In this document: one piece after another, positions 1 to 13,000 of the stretch
How positions within the stretch are numbered: position 1 is the stretch's first letter
Layout of the letters: each line of letters opens with the position of its first letter
Assembly: GCA_973895155.1 (NCBI GenBank)
Contig: OZ316895.1
Coordinates: 5,848,687-5,912,686, forward strand
Source: Marsupella aquatica
Lineage: Eukaryota; Plantae; Marchantiophyta
Reading direction: 5' to 3'
Length of the DNA: 64,000 nucleotides
Notes under the pieces: model-generated
Databases searched by the model: none
The model's input: the letters and a program-made list of their open reading frames with translations, nothing else
What the model was told of the DNA's origin: nothing
Made by a program: the position numbers and the translations under genes

Positions 1-8
1 TAAAAGAG

Positions 9-1694
9 ATGGTGTCTTCTCCTCCGTCGAAGGGCAATGCAGCCGCAGACAAGGGAGGGGGCAGTCCTCTCTCGCAGATTGGTCCTCGTCGGTCCTCGTC
101 TGCACGAGAGATGGTCCCTCCTCTATCCTCAGCCACCGAGGGCAACAATATCGCTATGTCACCGGAAGCAGCAATGGAAAAGAGCGGACCCGTTGCCCTG
201 CCGAACGCCTCGGCGACGGAGATGGTGGCACTGGAAGTAAGCAACGGTTCTCGCCGCGAGACCAATTCCGCCACCTCCGACGCCATAGATCGGGATCCGA
301 ACGCGTTAGGAGAAGAGGATCGCGTCACTGCTCCTCTCCTGCTGGGAGGATGGCGGCAAAAGAATGAACGGCCCTCTCTCCCAGAGGTGAATTCTTCCGT
401 CGGTTGGCCGGTACAGACTGCACCATGGTACAAGAAAGTGTTTGCTCTCCTCGGAGTCGGTTTCATGATCAGCGTTGCGTACATGGATCCCGGTAATTGG
501 GCCACTGACTTGCAGGGTGGATCGACATTTGGTTACACTCTCCTGGTGGTCGTTCTCTTGTCCAATTTCTGTGCCATACTTCTGCAATCTCTGGCCCTCA
601 AACTGGGCGTTGTGGCTGAGAGGGATTTGGCCCAAGCTTGCAGAGATGCGTACCCAAAGTACGTGGTGTATGTCCTCTGGGTCATCACGGAGGTGGCCAT
701 TGCTGCCACAGATATGGCCGAAGTCATTGGTTCAGCCACGGCGTTGTACCTTCTCTTCAAACTGCCAATCTGGGCCGGAGTGTTGGTGACGGCTTTTGAC
801 ACCTTGTTCATTCTGATGATGGGAATCAGGAGCTTCCGGGTCTTGGAGATTATTGTTGGTGGTCTGGCTTTTCTGATTGCTGGAATTTTTGCTTACGAGC
901 TGGGGGTTGTGAAACCGGACTGGGGGCAGGTTGCCAAGGGGCTCATCCCTGACCCCAAGATCATCACAAACAGTAACATGTTGTATAATGCTATCGGAAT
1001 TTTGGGAGCCACTGTGATGCCTCACAGCCTCTTCCTCCACTCCAGCATCATCCAGACTAGGGCTTACCCGAGGACAAAGGATGGGAAGAAGGCAATCATC
1101 AAGTATGCCCGGTGGGATTCTAGTTTGTCACTGCTCTTGGCCTTCTTTGTCAACTCTTCCATTCTGATTCTCTCAGCCGCTGCCTTCTACTATGGGCCCA
1201 ATCCTACGGCATTGGCAAGCATCACTGATGCATATAAATTGTTGTCTCCTGCTTTGGGGAGCAGTGCTGCCAAAATTTTGTTCGCAGTTGGGTTGTTGGC
1301 GAGTGGCCAGAATTCTACCATAATTGGAACTCTGTCTGGGCAAATTGTGATGGAGGGTTTCCTCCAGATTAAGCTGAAGCCTTGGATCAGAAGGTCGATC
1401 ACAAGAGGCATTGCTATCGTCCCGGCTGCAATTGTGGCTGCCATTGGGGGTAACAGCGGTGCTGGCAAGCTCTTGGTGCTGAGTCAGGTCATTCTGTCCC
1501 TGGCTCTGTCTTTTTCTGTCATTCCCTTGGTTCACTTCACTTCCTCTACTGCCAAGATGGGCCCGACTTTCGTGAACGGGATTATCATGAAGATCCTTGC
1601 GGTTGTGGTTGCCGTAATCATTGCTTGTCTCAACATCTACCTCTTGTACTCCAGTATCAAATACAACTCCTTCGGAAGCTCGGGCGGTGTTTAA
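9..1694 (+). CDS. NRAMP: NRAMP-family divalent metal (Mn/Fe) transporter, intronless, bacterial MntH-like
   Basis: 561-aa ORF with the TM1 motif AYMDPGNWATD, the TM6 motif LGATVMPHSLFLHS, the transport motif GQNSTIIGTLSGQIVMEGFL and multiple hydrophobic helices. The N-terminal ~130 aa is hydrophilic and the exact start ATG is uncertain. Confidence 0.95.
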   Translation: MVSSPPSKGNAAADKGGGSPLSQIGPRRSSSAREMVPPLSSATEGNNIAMSPEAAMEKSGPVALPNASATEMVALEVSNGSRRETNSATSDAIDRDPNALGEEDRVTAPLLLGGWRQKNERPSLPEVNSSVGWPVQTAPWYKKVFALLGVGFMISVAYMDPGNWATDLQGGSTFGYTLLVVVLLSNFCAILLQSLALKLGVVAERDLAQACRDAYPKYVVYVLWVITEVAIAATDMAEVIGSATALYLLFKLPIWAGVLVTAFDTLFILMMGIRSFRVLEIIVGGLAFLIAGIFAYELGVVKPDWGQVAKGLIPDPKIITNSNMLYNAIGILGATVMPHSLFLHSSIIQTRAYPRTKDGKKAIIKYARWDSSLSLLLAFFVNSSILILSAAAFYYGPNPTALASITDAYKLLSPALGSSAAKILFAVGLLASGQNSTIIGTLSGQIVMEGFLQIKLKPWIRRSITRGIAIVPAAIVAAIGGNSGAGKLLVLSQVILSLALSFSVIPLVHFTSSTAKMGPTFVNGIIMKILAVVVAVIIACLNIYLLYSSIKYNSFGSSGGV

Positions 1695-1930
1695 GCTGTT
1701 GTCTTACTCATGTTGACTATTGAGTCTTGCCCCCAAAAAATCCTGAGTACGAGGTTGCGAATTGTATCCAATTATCCTGCTCCTGGATCCGAAGAGGACA
1801 AGAATTTATTTGGGGGAATTGTGGTGACGGGAGAAAGGTGGTGGGAGCTTTTTACATCTGGATGTTCCTGGAGGCTTCCTCGACCTGCTGGTGACTGCAG
1901 TTTTACTCCAACGAATTTTTAATTGTCCAA

Positions 1931-1967
1931 GGTGGAGGGTGGAGGGTGGAGGGTGGAAGGTGAAGGG
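1931..1967 (+). repeat. (GGTGGAG)n G-rich short tandem repeat
   Basis: ggtggagggtggagggtggagggtggaaggtgaaggg read directly from the sequence. Confidence 0.8.
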
Positions 1968-3443
1968 AATCACGACGAGTTAGGAAAAGTCTCAGTTTTG
2001 TAGGTGGGCAGAAAAGGCCCGTGGAGAGGACCAGAGTTGTCGGAAGTGGAGCAGATCCTGGGCGGTGGTGTACGTGATTCTCCAGGTCTTTTTTGGATGA
2101 GGATCCCCCGAGATACTCTTTGTGGGTCTGCTTACAAACTCAAAGCGGACTCGAGCTATCGTGCTGCTTCCCGAGTTTGGCATTCAGCCCGATGCAGGAT
2201 ACATGTTTACAACAATTGTCCTGCCTATATCCATTGGGCTTCAAGTCACTGCTGTTCTGTTCCTGGGAACCTTCTCAGGTCCCGAGGATAGTGTGATACT
2301 CTCCCCCTTCACTCTGTTTCTCTCTCACACTTCAGAGCGAAGCAAATGTGAGAAACTAGAAGGGTTTCGTGGTTCGCTGATTGATGGTAGTGCACTATTT
2401 GTGAGGTGCGTGAAGAAATAGGTATCTCCTCTGGTATGAGTGAATTATCATAGCCAATGAGTGATCCATTTTGTCACTAGAGACTTTCCTCAAGTTTCTG
2501 GCGCAAATTTTGATATGGAACGTGCAAAAGATATTAGCAAGCTCTCGACGTTTCCCTGCAAGAGGTTTTAGGCTCCTTGAAAAAGCTTGGACGCTCTACT
2601 TATGGTGTGCATTGCAAAGGGCATCACTGGATGTTACTCTGTGAAAATTGGAAAACATTGAAGACGAGGCTCAATAAAATCTTAAAAGACTGTAAGGTCC
2701 ATTTCCTGTTCACCATCTGCGTGTAAAATCACTTGGATCGCTTTATGTGGACTTTGGTGCTCACAACTCAATTTACAACGAGCTGAGAAGGCCTTGCAGC
2801 TGCTGCGCTGAGCTTCTGTACACCGTAAGCATTGCATGAATATTTTTTCAATTTGAACGTCCCATGCATGTCGGTGTGCGCTGTGGCTAAAATGAATCAA
2901 GCCCAGTACTTGGAGCTTCATCTCACATTTATAAGGAAGCATGAAACATACACAAGCAAAGGAACACGTAAAATGTGCATGAACCCAAAGCTATAACACC
3001 TATTTCCAAGACTCAGAAGGAAAAAGAAGGAATCATTGAGGGACAGTGGCATCCTACTGGAGCCCCGACTGTTCAATTCCTGACATCGTTGGTCCCAGCA
3101 TGCAAATGGTGGTCACTTCGTTGAGTGGACCCAAAATTTATAGTGTTGTTGTTGGGGACCACCAAAGTGACCTGAAAGGACATGACGCTCTCACTGTAGT
3201 GGCAAAAGCAAAGGAAAATTGCTGTACACTAGGTTACCTAGTGAATAAAGTGGCTAAGCTAGAGGAAGACGATTGTACTGTATGAATTGTGCCCAGGAAG
3301 AAGGAACATGTGGTCTCCACGAAACCTAGCAACTACCATCCTCTGCAATTTCAGAGGTCGGAAAGTCTTGTCAGAGACATCTAAGTTCCTCACAAATTGT
3401 AGAGCACTAAGGAGTCATCTTGGGACCGTTTCTCCTCTTTTCC

Positions 3444-3536
3444 TCCCCTTCATTAGGTTGCTTTGCCTTTGGGATCTTGTCTCCCGGTCCGGAGTCCCCT
3501 TCATTAGGTTGCTTTGCCTTTGGGATCTTGTCTCCC
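3444..3536. repeat. Local ~42-bp direct duplication
   Basis: tccccttcattaggttgctttgcctttgggatcttgtctccc occurs at 3444 and at 3495. Confidence 0.85.
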
Positions 3537-4227
3537 CATTTAGCGGTTTTGCCCTTGGGCACTGTGTTATATATAGTCATCTCAAATCCAAATCATAAGT
3601 CAAAAATTTGGCATGCTGTTTCAGACAGAAAACCCCTCTAGAAACTGGTTGAAAGTTCTCACCTAGGACGTCAATGAAACCGAGCTTCTTCCCTGAAGGA
3701 CAGGAATTTGGCCTATTCCTGGGTTTCCACATTCAAGGATTGTCTTCTGCTATCTGATGAAGTATTTCATTTGTTTGGTCCAAAGCAGGCGCTAGTTGGG
3801 GGCACATTTTTGGTTCCCTCTTCAACAATTATATGAATTATTTTCTTGTTTACGTTCAGCCTCTATTCATGATGAGTTCTCTAGCCAATGAATGAACTGA
3901 AATGTTGAGTTTCCTGTGTCATGATCTTTGGTTTGGAAGAATTAGCCCGATCACCTGTTCCTTGAACGCAAACAGATATGAAGAAAAAAAATATTGCACA
4001 ATAATAATTCTATGCTATTTCGTTAATCCTCATTTTAAATGTTTTTTAATTGAGATTCATGTTCACTTTTGTCTGTACTAGGGTTACGGTCAAGAGGCTT
4101 CACTCTAGACCCTAGGCCCTTAAGAATAGACTTTGTTCGCGCTTTTATAATAAGGTGTAACCTGGACACTTCTCATGTAGATCTGTTCCCCAGGAACCCA
4201 AAATTTGTTTTGGCATTCATTGTTGCG

Positions 4228-4263
4228 ATGGGATGGTATGGGATGGGATGGGATGGGATGGGA
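4228..4263. repeat. (GGGAT)n microsatellite
   Basis: About 7 imperfect GGGAT units. Confidence 0.85.
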
Positions 4264-5079
4264 GAGGACTATCAACAACTTCATGGGACACCTGAGGGTG
4301 GCTTAAAGCCCCACTGTCCCCAAAGCAAAACCTAGTGGATCCAGGTTACTAAAATGAATCCATAATGTTCTCAAGAAATTAAAAAAGTGCATTTTTTTTT
4401 GTCTTTCCCAAACCTGGTGCACAGGCAGTTTTACAAGACGTCAGGGGTCCTTTGTTTCTTCTTATTCCCTTTGAGATGATATCTGGACAGTAAAATGAGT
4501 GAAAACGTCTGCAGTTGCTTCTAAACAAACTCAGGCGCATTCAGGTATGGTGTATACCACTCCTACATGGCAAGGAGTGGGCCCAAGATGTGAAGTGAGT
4601 GCTAGGTCCAAACATTTCCAAGCTTTGGCTCCTTCATTCAAGAGATTTGCATTTTTTAACTTCATTTCAAATGAGTTTTAGTCAAGTGTCTATCTTTAGC
4701 TAATAAGTGGCCCTCCAGTTTGCTATGATGAGATAGGCTATTTTTGAATGAACACTCCAGATGACCGGAGTTGACAGGAGTCAGGTCTATTTATAAAGTG
4801 AGTATTTGTTTAGCAGATAAATTACAATACATAAGAATGCAGACCCATGTTTGGTCCGACTTCCATATCACATTGTATAAGAGTATTGCATATCGATGTA
4901 CTGTCCATCTATTTGTACATTGCGGGGTTGATTGATTGTGAAAACACAAAACCTTGCATCTTCATTACTTTTCAATAATAAATTCAGCACTTTAATGCAC
5001 CTGGTCAAGACTATCAGCTGAATCGGGCTCTAAAAAATGCGCTGGTCAGGATTACACCTGAAAATAATGCATTGCTGGA

Positions 5080-6400
5080 AGTTCAGCCGACATTAGAGGA
5101 AATTCATGTTGCAACAAAAACTTTGAAAAAAACGCAAAACGCCAGGGCATGACGGTGTTGTTGAGCATAGACGACATTCGCAACGGCAAGCCCATGAACC
5201 ATCCAACGCACAAGAGTTGACATAGAGAGATACATGGTTCACCTCCACATGAGGCTACGTCCACGGGAACACACAAGAGCTTTACGGCACTCTAGGCCGA
5301 TCGGCCATACCAAGCATCCACAGCACAAGCTCTCCCTATCTCTCAACTAGCTCGGTAACAATGAGCCTAAGTTCCACCAGGGTCTGGCATCAGTCCTGGC
5401 TATATGCACAACAGCACTACCGCTAGCATTAGCTAAGTCCTAACCCGAGTTAGACTAACTATGGTTAGCTCATGAGTCACAAGACTAGAGCAATATCTAA
5501 CAGGTGTATCGGTGGATTTTTTCTTGGTTTTCTGGCAGTTAACAGCCTCTTCTTTTGGTTGCTCTGAAACATGGTATTGCTCAAGGTTAATTCAGTAAGA
5601 ATTTCTTGAAAGGAATTATCATTCTACTCATGAAAAAGGGGGAGGAATTGAGGACCTTCCTAATACGTTTGATTTGGGTGTTGATTAGAATCACTTTGAC
5701 TCAACAACATACATGTCTCTTTTGAGAAAATCTGTTCATCATACCCAAGTACTCACAAATGAGATGGTTGTACAAGCGATGAAGTCTCCTGACTCGTACA
5801 TCTGTCTGAGATTGGTTGTTCACTCGTGAAAGCCCTTGATAGTGTTGAATGAATTTTACAGACAAGATGTTGGATCTGGTGATTTTTCATTGACTTTATT
5901 TGGTCTGTTAGTACAAATGCCTCTTCATTTCCCTCCCCCAAAATGGATAATTTCCATAGAAAGCTCAACGTCAATAGTCAAAATGGAAGGCCTCAATTCA
6001 ATTGAAACTTAGTTTCACTCAAGAAATAGTTAGTTCCCCCTACTCGACATTATGATCAATGGTAGAACTTTTTTTTCATTGAACATTACTCAATCAATTT
6101 GACAAGGGTGTCCAATTTTCCCTCTGTTTTCTATTTAGCTATTCAAGGGCTGGATAACCAGCTGTATAGCAAACTCTTTATGGGGAGGCTGGAATGGGAT
6201 GTAACTTGCTTTGACAATGCAAGCTGACATCTAGCTCGGCAATTTTATGTTGAGAACACGATGGTACTTGGTTCAGAAAAGGGATTGGCCATAGAGTATT
6301 GATAGTTGTAAGAGGTTTTTTGATATGTTTACTACCGCGTATGATTGGGAGGATATTACTGCTATTTTACTTAGCAATGATCATGTTTAGGTGGAGTTAG
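5080..6400 (+). mobile_element. Degenerate non-LTR retrotransposon (L1/Tx1-like LINE) ORF2 reverse-transcriptase remnant, interrupted by a solo LTR; boundaries approximate
   Basis: With the LTR and one TSD removed, the text reads PTLEEIHVATKTL..KTPGHDGVSVDFFLVFW, followed by KGIIILLMKKG (~5610), KALDSVE* (~5830; cf. KAFDSVEW) and I*QGCPI.PL (~6097; cf. RQGCPLSP). The motifs are in canonical RT order, with stops and frameshifts. Confidence 0.75.
5159..5502 (-). mobile_element. Solo LTR (344 bp) of the copia subfamily at 46969-53807
   Basis: TG...CA ends, near-identical to 46969-47312 and 53466-53807, with a perfect 5-bp TSD GGTGT (5154-5158 and 5503-5507). Confidence 0.95.
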
Positions 6401-7810
6401 TGGATCTTTGGTGGAAATAGGAATTTTTATGTCAGCATTCAAAACGTTTTGTTTATTCATTGGTGCAGACAGGATTGATAACGAGAACATATTGTTGCAG
6501 ATCAAGGTTTTATAGGAAAAAAATTTTAACAAGTCAAGAAGCGATCACGTTCCTTTCTCAGGGGTCCAGTTGCAAACCTGTAGGAACCACATGCAATCAA
6601 AAGTTGGTACTGTTTATGGGAATTAGCAATTTTTTAAAAATGTGTAGGAGATAAAAGAAGGCATTATCAAGCAAGTTCTAAAATATTATTTAATATATAC
6701 CTTATATAAAATAAAATTTCTTAGTATTGAAAATAGTAACTTCATGTCAGGATAGACACTCAAAATCAAATCCTGGCTCCCCCCCCCCCCCACCCCACCA
6801 ATTGGAAGGCACATCCTAAAGAAGGGAGACCTAATAAAAAGGGGGGGGGGGGGGGGGGGAAGCCAGGAAAATTAGGGAAAAGCCTTGTATGACCAACGAG
6901 CCAAAATCTCAAAAGGTGCCCAAACCATCTCTTTGTTGATTCCCCATCCTAAACTATAATACAAGGTTGCGCCTTTTTAAGAAGTGGTCGTCATTCAAAT
7001 TTGCAGTGTCCAAAAAATATTAATGATGTCAAAGAGAAAGAATAAAGATTATATTAAATTTAGTGTGCACCAAAAAAGTAATGAATGCATTCCAAACAAG
7101 AAGGGAATCAAATAGGAGACACAAAAGGAGGGAGCCAATGGGGCACACAAAACAAGAGAGGGAATGTACATGCATGAGTATCAAGGAGGTTCCTAACCCA
7201 TACACATGAAATATAAAAATACATAATATATATGATATTATGTATTATGTATTATTGTAAGTATCACAATATTGCAAAATATAATAATAATAGTAATTTA
7301 ATTAAAATAAGCTAATTAAACACAATAGATTAGATGACAAGGACAATGTCAAAAGCTATAATACAATCTTACTTTTTTATAGTAGTCATTCAAATTTACA
7401 ATATCCCAAAAGTGGAAAACATGAAAGAATGATTTCCTTTGTGAATGAATTGGAGAGCAATGTTTCCAAGCAAAAAATGAATTGAATAGTACAAAGAAAA
7501 TAAGGAGGGTCTATAGCAATGCAAGAGTACCAAGGAGACCTCCTTTTACCACTATAATCCTGATCCGGTCCCTTTACAAACTAAAAAAAGTGACAATAAA
7601 TCTTGAATGTTCATCAAAACATAATTTTCTCCACACTGTAACATCTATCCATACACCCCTTCTAAAAATAAGTTCCTGCCCAAGTTACCCTTTAACTTTA
7701 CCATACCTGCCACAATGAAAAATTTAATCAGAATTAAATTAAATGTATTCATATATAAATAATTCTAATTTTTTTGAAATAATTTCAAATATGAATAAAA
7801 TAGAGATAAA

Positions 7811-9046
7811 ATATTTTCTCATCTTGACATCTTTTCTTCATATTAAGATCTTCTCACCTCAAGATCTTTGCTCATCTTGACATGTTTTCCTTACCTTGAG
7901 ATCTTTTCTCACCTCGACATATATATTACATTTGTCTCATTTTGCCATATTTTTCTCACCTGGCCATCTTTATCTCACCACAACATCTTTCTTCACCCTC
8001 AACATTTCTTTTCATCCTGTCATCTTTTTCTCATCTCACCATCTTTTCTCTCCTTGGCATATTTTTCTCACCTCAGAATGTTCTTCTCTAATGTGACATC
8101 TTTTTCTCACCTTACCATCTTTTCTCTCCTTGACATATTTTTCTCAGCTCGAAATGTTTTTCTCTTATCGACATCTTTTCTCACCTTGATATATTTTTTC
8201 ACCTTAACATGCATCATTTGTGCAAAGCACAGGTATCAGGCCCAAGATGTACTTAACAACATCTTTTACTTCACAACATCTTTGAGTAATGACATACTTT
8301 ATCTATTGACCATTTTGTATTTAACAACATCTTAATACTTAACGATATTTTTGGCATAACGACATTATTGCCGGCATGACAGCTACTTACTTGACACAAT
8401 TTTTTACTTGATGACCTTTTGGGCAACATGCCATCTTTGGCAAAATGACTTCTTTTTCTTAACAACATATTTTTATTTCATGACATCTTTCACATAAGAA
8501 CATCATTCTTGGGAAACACAACATATAATTCTCTTAAGAGCATTTTGGGTGCCACAACACTTTCCTCTTAGCAACATCTTGGGGTACACTACATCTTGGA
8601 CGCACAACATCTGTTTTCTTAACAATATCTTGGGCGCCATGATATCTTTATTTTAATGACATTTTGGGCGACACAACATCTTTTTTCTTAACGACATTTT
8701 TTGTGCAATGCACGGGTATTTTTCCTCAACAATGTCTTGGCCGACACGACATCTTTTCCCTCAATGATGTCTTTGCCGAGACAATATCTTTTTTTCAACG
8801 ACATCTTGGCCGACATGACAACTTTTTTTTCAACGACCTCTTGGCCAACACGACATCTTTTTTCTCAACGATTTCTTTTCTCTCAACGACCTCTTGGCCG
8901 ACATGACATCTTTTCTCTCCACAACCTCTTGGCCGACAAGACATCTTTTGTCTCAACGACCTCTTGGCTGACACGACATCTTTTTTTTCTCAACAACATC
9001 TTAGCCGACACGACTTCTTTTGTGCAACGCACAGGTATTGAGCTAG
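7811..9046 (+). mobile_element. Non-autonomous Helitron-like element: tandem-repeat body and 3' terminus (5' end not located)
   Basis: Ends tgtgc-aac-gcaca-ggtattgagCTAG|T (hairpin 9021-9033, CTAG 9043-9046), the typical plant Helitron 3' signature. The body has ~20-bp (ttttctcaccttgacatc) then ~37-bp (acgacatcttggccgacacgacatcttttttctca) degenerate repeats. Confidence 0.65.
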
Positions 9047-9945
9047 TGATACATACTACATTAGGCCAAGTGATGAAAGAGTGACTAACATGGGACTCAC
9101 GACACTCCACCGCATTGAACCGCCTGGCCATCCCACTTCTGTCCAACATCATTTAATGTTGACAATACTCTGCCAAAAATTAAAGGCACCCAACCAGGAG
9201 ACACTTCTCAAAGACAAGAGACCCAATAGAGACGTGTGGGGGGAGGGGCGCTAGCAGTAAGACCAAAGTCAAGAGCCAAATTGTGAAAAGGTGCCCCAAC
9301 AATCTCTTCAATCCCCAGCTGGTTCTAATCTCTGTTGACTGTTGATTCCCCATAGTATAGTCCTACACTTGGCAACAGTGATACGTTGTACTAGATACTA
9401 CCAATTGAATTTGCTAAAATATTTTTCTAATTTTAGAGGTTCTATTTTTGAATAACTGGACCCCTAATAAAGGGCAAAAAACTTTTTTAGTCTTGGAGTG
9501 AAAACACTGTAATATAAACTTATTAAAATTGGAAAGAGGAAAGTCTTATATCTGTGAAAAAAGTTGATGGTAAAGAAATGAAATTACAAACAAATAAAGT
9601 TGAAACCAAGATGGACCACATGTTGGACATGGTGCTTCCATGGACCACATGTTGGTGGTACATGGGAGTTTGGGGCCCATAACTTGATGAATGTGAGTCC
9701 AAAGTCATCAACAAGTCAACTAGAGAAGTAGGAGACATTAAACAAGCAAGCCCAAAAATTTCATGTTAACACAATGAAAATTATTGTACTGGAATTCACC
9801 CCTCCGCACTCTATGATGAAAACCTCAACTATGGCCAAAAATCCACTTACACTTTGATACTCCTCTAGCACACCCCCAAAACTAGAAAATTTCTCACTTT
9901 ATGAATATCAAGCTACTCCAATTAGACTCAAATTGAAAACATTGT

Positions 9946-10022
9946 CTGTGGGGGTTTCAAAGACCCAACCTTGTGGTCTGTGGGGGTTCCAAAGACCCAA
10001 CCTTGTGGTCCATGGGGGTTTC
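9946..10022. repeat. 32-bp tandem repeat, ~2.4 copies
   Basis: tctgtgggggtt(t/c)caaagacccaaccttgtgg repeated. Confidence 0.85.
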
Positions 10023-13000
10023 AAATGGCATGACAAAACAGACTTATTAAAATTGGAAGGAATAAAATATGATTTCTGAGAAACAATTTTTTATTACTTT
10101 GCCACTAAAGATATTTTAATTTATAATACTGTCATTATTTTTTCTGTATTTATAAAAATATCACTATTTTGTATACTAATAACAAGTTTACCAGGGTAAC
10201 TAGGGGAACTATATACAGAAACAGTGATATTTTTGTAAATAAAAAATAATAATAACTGTATTGTAAATTTAAACATGTTTAGTGACAATGTGCTTAAAAG
10301 CTCTTCTGAGAAAAGTGAATAGTGTAATAGTAGATAAATAAACAAAATGAAAGTGCGCATGTAAACTTTCGGTAGTCTACTGATTTACACTGAAGGGGAG
10401 TAGTAGTATGTGACTCGCCTTCCGGTGAAATCATGGCGGTGGAGAAGGTCACGTGTTGGAGAGAATTTTGAAAACTGTCGCAGGAATGCTTGATTGATTG
10501 CGCAGCAGCCCAATCAGTCGATGGTCGCATGAGAAGAACCCTTTTCGTCAGAGGCAGAGCTGTTTGCTGAGCCGAAGTGGGCGATGAGGGAGAGGAAGAG
10601 ATCATCTGATCAGAGATGACAGGGAGGGAAAGAGGTGATGGTTTTAATTAATAGTAGTGGCTGTATGGGGCTGGTGTGGCCGCGCAGACACGGTACGAGC
10701 CGCGCATTAGAGGATTGTAATTAGTTCAACACCTTCGGTTCGTGTGGATTCGATGGGGGAGAGCGCCTCCTGCGAGGTTGGTTCATCTGAAACTCCCCTG
10801 TGTGGGTTCGACATGCTTTTGTTTGGGAAGAGATGCTTCGTCTTCGTCGTCTGCGGTAGCTGAGGATTGGAGCTGTCGGTCGACTGTCTGTTGCAGCTGG
10901 TGAGAATGATCTCGTTTTGGGGCTAGGGATGAACTTAGTTCATAGCTCAATCATCGGTTCAGCAGCTGTCCAGCTAGACCGGACTAGGATAGGCTAGCGA
11001 ACGAGCAGGAGCAACCGGAGAGACCACACATGGCTCTTTCATGAGATTAGTCTTCAGGACATTTGGGTGTAGACCATTGCACCTGTATTCTCGAGTTCGT
11101 CCGACCAAAATAGGGTCCATCCATGCCGCGGGGTAGAGGGACGTGAATGGATCCTGAGAGGGTCGTAGAAGTGAATGTTTCAACGTGGTGAGGTCTGTTT
11201 GTGAGGGTGGTGTGTCATGTGTTCTGTCCCAGTGATGATTTTGATAGGTTGCACTTGCACTCTCTAACTGGGAAGGTTGTCCCAGGATTCCTTTTCTTTT
11301 CCATTTTGAGCCTCGGCCTCAGTCTCGCTCAGTTTGCCCTAGCATACATCATCGGCAGGGTGGGAAGTAAATTCCACTACTGTGCTGCTTTCTCCTGTCT
11401 GGCTGCCTGTCCAAAGCGTGGATCGATCACTATAGCATCTGTAGAATCTCTTTGAATGTCTTCTTGCAGTGCAGGTGTAGCTTTAGTCAGCTGTTTACAT
11501 GTTATGCCGAACTCTCTTGTTTCCGGCTCTTAACCCTTCTAGCAGACTCGTGTTATCTAGGAGAGTGTTCTTTTCAGAGAAGATGTCGATTAGTAAGTGA
11601 CTTTATATGTCCGTTTTCGGATGCAGATTCATCTTGCAGTTACTGATTTTGAGCTCCTCCAAGGACGCTTCGATCAAGAACTGTGCAAGCGGAGGCATTT
11701 TGGTGCGAGGTAAATAATGCGTGGCACGCTGCAAGTAATAGGTGCTGTTTATCACAGGAGAAGGAATGAGCTTCAAATGGGGTCGATAATGGATTCCCTT
11801 TGAAGTTTCTCTATAGTTTGAATTGAACACATGTCCTAACCCTAATACTTCACAAACCCTAAATTCTGTGTAGGTCGTCAATTACGTCCAGTCACTTTAT
11901 CTGGTCCATCAAATGTCCACGGTGGGTCCCGGAAGTATTATATATCTGTAAGGGGCAATCTAGGAAGGAGACTGCCAAGAATTCTGGTCTGCAAACATCA
12001 TAGTGTTGATTCATCCGTAAACGGGGAGCTCGCTCCTAAGACAAAGTTACTGTGAGCCAAATTCTCAATCTGGAAAGCTGCATTGTCGCATGGACTTCTG
12101 TGTTACATTGTAAAGTCCACGTAGGTTTGGGCGATATACTCTTACAATTGTAGGAATCGTTGGTACGTTAGGAGTTTTACCGTGCTCGACTGTAGAGACC
12201 TATCTATAACGAGGAGACGCCAGACGGAAGACTGTTACTGGCTGGGCCATCAACGTTAGGTTGTTTGGAGATCGTCCAATCATTCCACCGACGACAATGT
12301 TCGTAAACCGGATTGATGCCAGTCAATTATGCTGTTTAGGTGTAATCGGTGTGAAATCTTCAGTTTGCGACACAAGCTCTGGACGGAGATAGACGCATGA
12401 ATTCTCAGCTAGACAAATGGTGCAGGAGTGGACTTTGATATTGGAGTAAAGTGCTTAAAGTCTGAAGTAAATATGTACTACCCGTAAGCGGTGGCAAAGG
12501 AGCGGTCTCCTCTTCTTTTGCCACTGGGTGATGAGTGCTGATTACTGATCTTCATTGCCGCTCCTCCTGTACTTGGTTTACAGCGGGCTGTTGTTGGACA
12601 GCTCAGAGCTGTCAAGACGTCACCTCGTTGAAGCGAGCTTTGAGGCCACTCTGATACAGTACCGTAGGGTAAGGAGCGATCCGTGCCCAATTCGTTAGCC
12701 GCCTCCAATTTTCGTAGTCCAGGAGGACGCGATCTTCTTAGAAATCGCACGCAAGTGGATTTCCCGGCTAGTTTAGGACAGAACTATTCATTTCCTGCGT
12801 GAGGCACGGCATCGCCTGTTGACTCCTATACCCGGTTGTCCCGAAGTTGCTGCACATATTTCAGGTAGAAGAGAGTGCATTCCAAAAGCACCCTAAAGCC
12901 ACAGTGTTAGGCAGTGCAGCCGAGCGCGTTACCTTGGATTAGACATCCATGGACATAACGACAGATATGGAACTGTGGATGATGATGATGAACGATCAGA

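Noticed and set aside
7868-9084. Hydrophobic ORFs (155, 80 and 127 aa)
   Set aside because: They are translations of T/C-rich tandem repeats.
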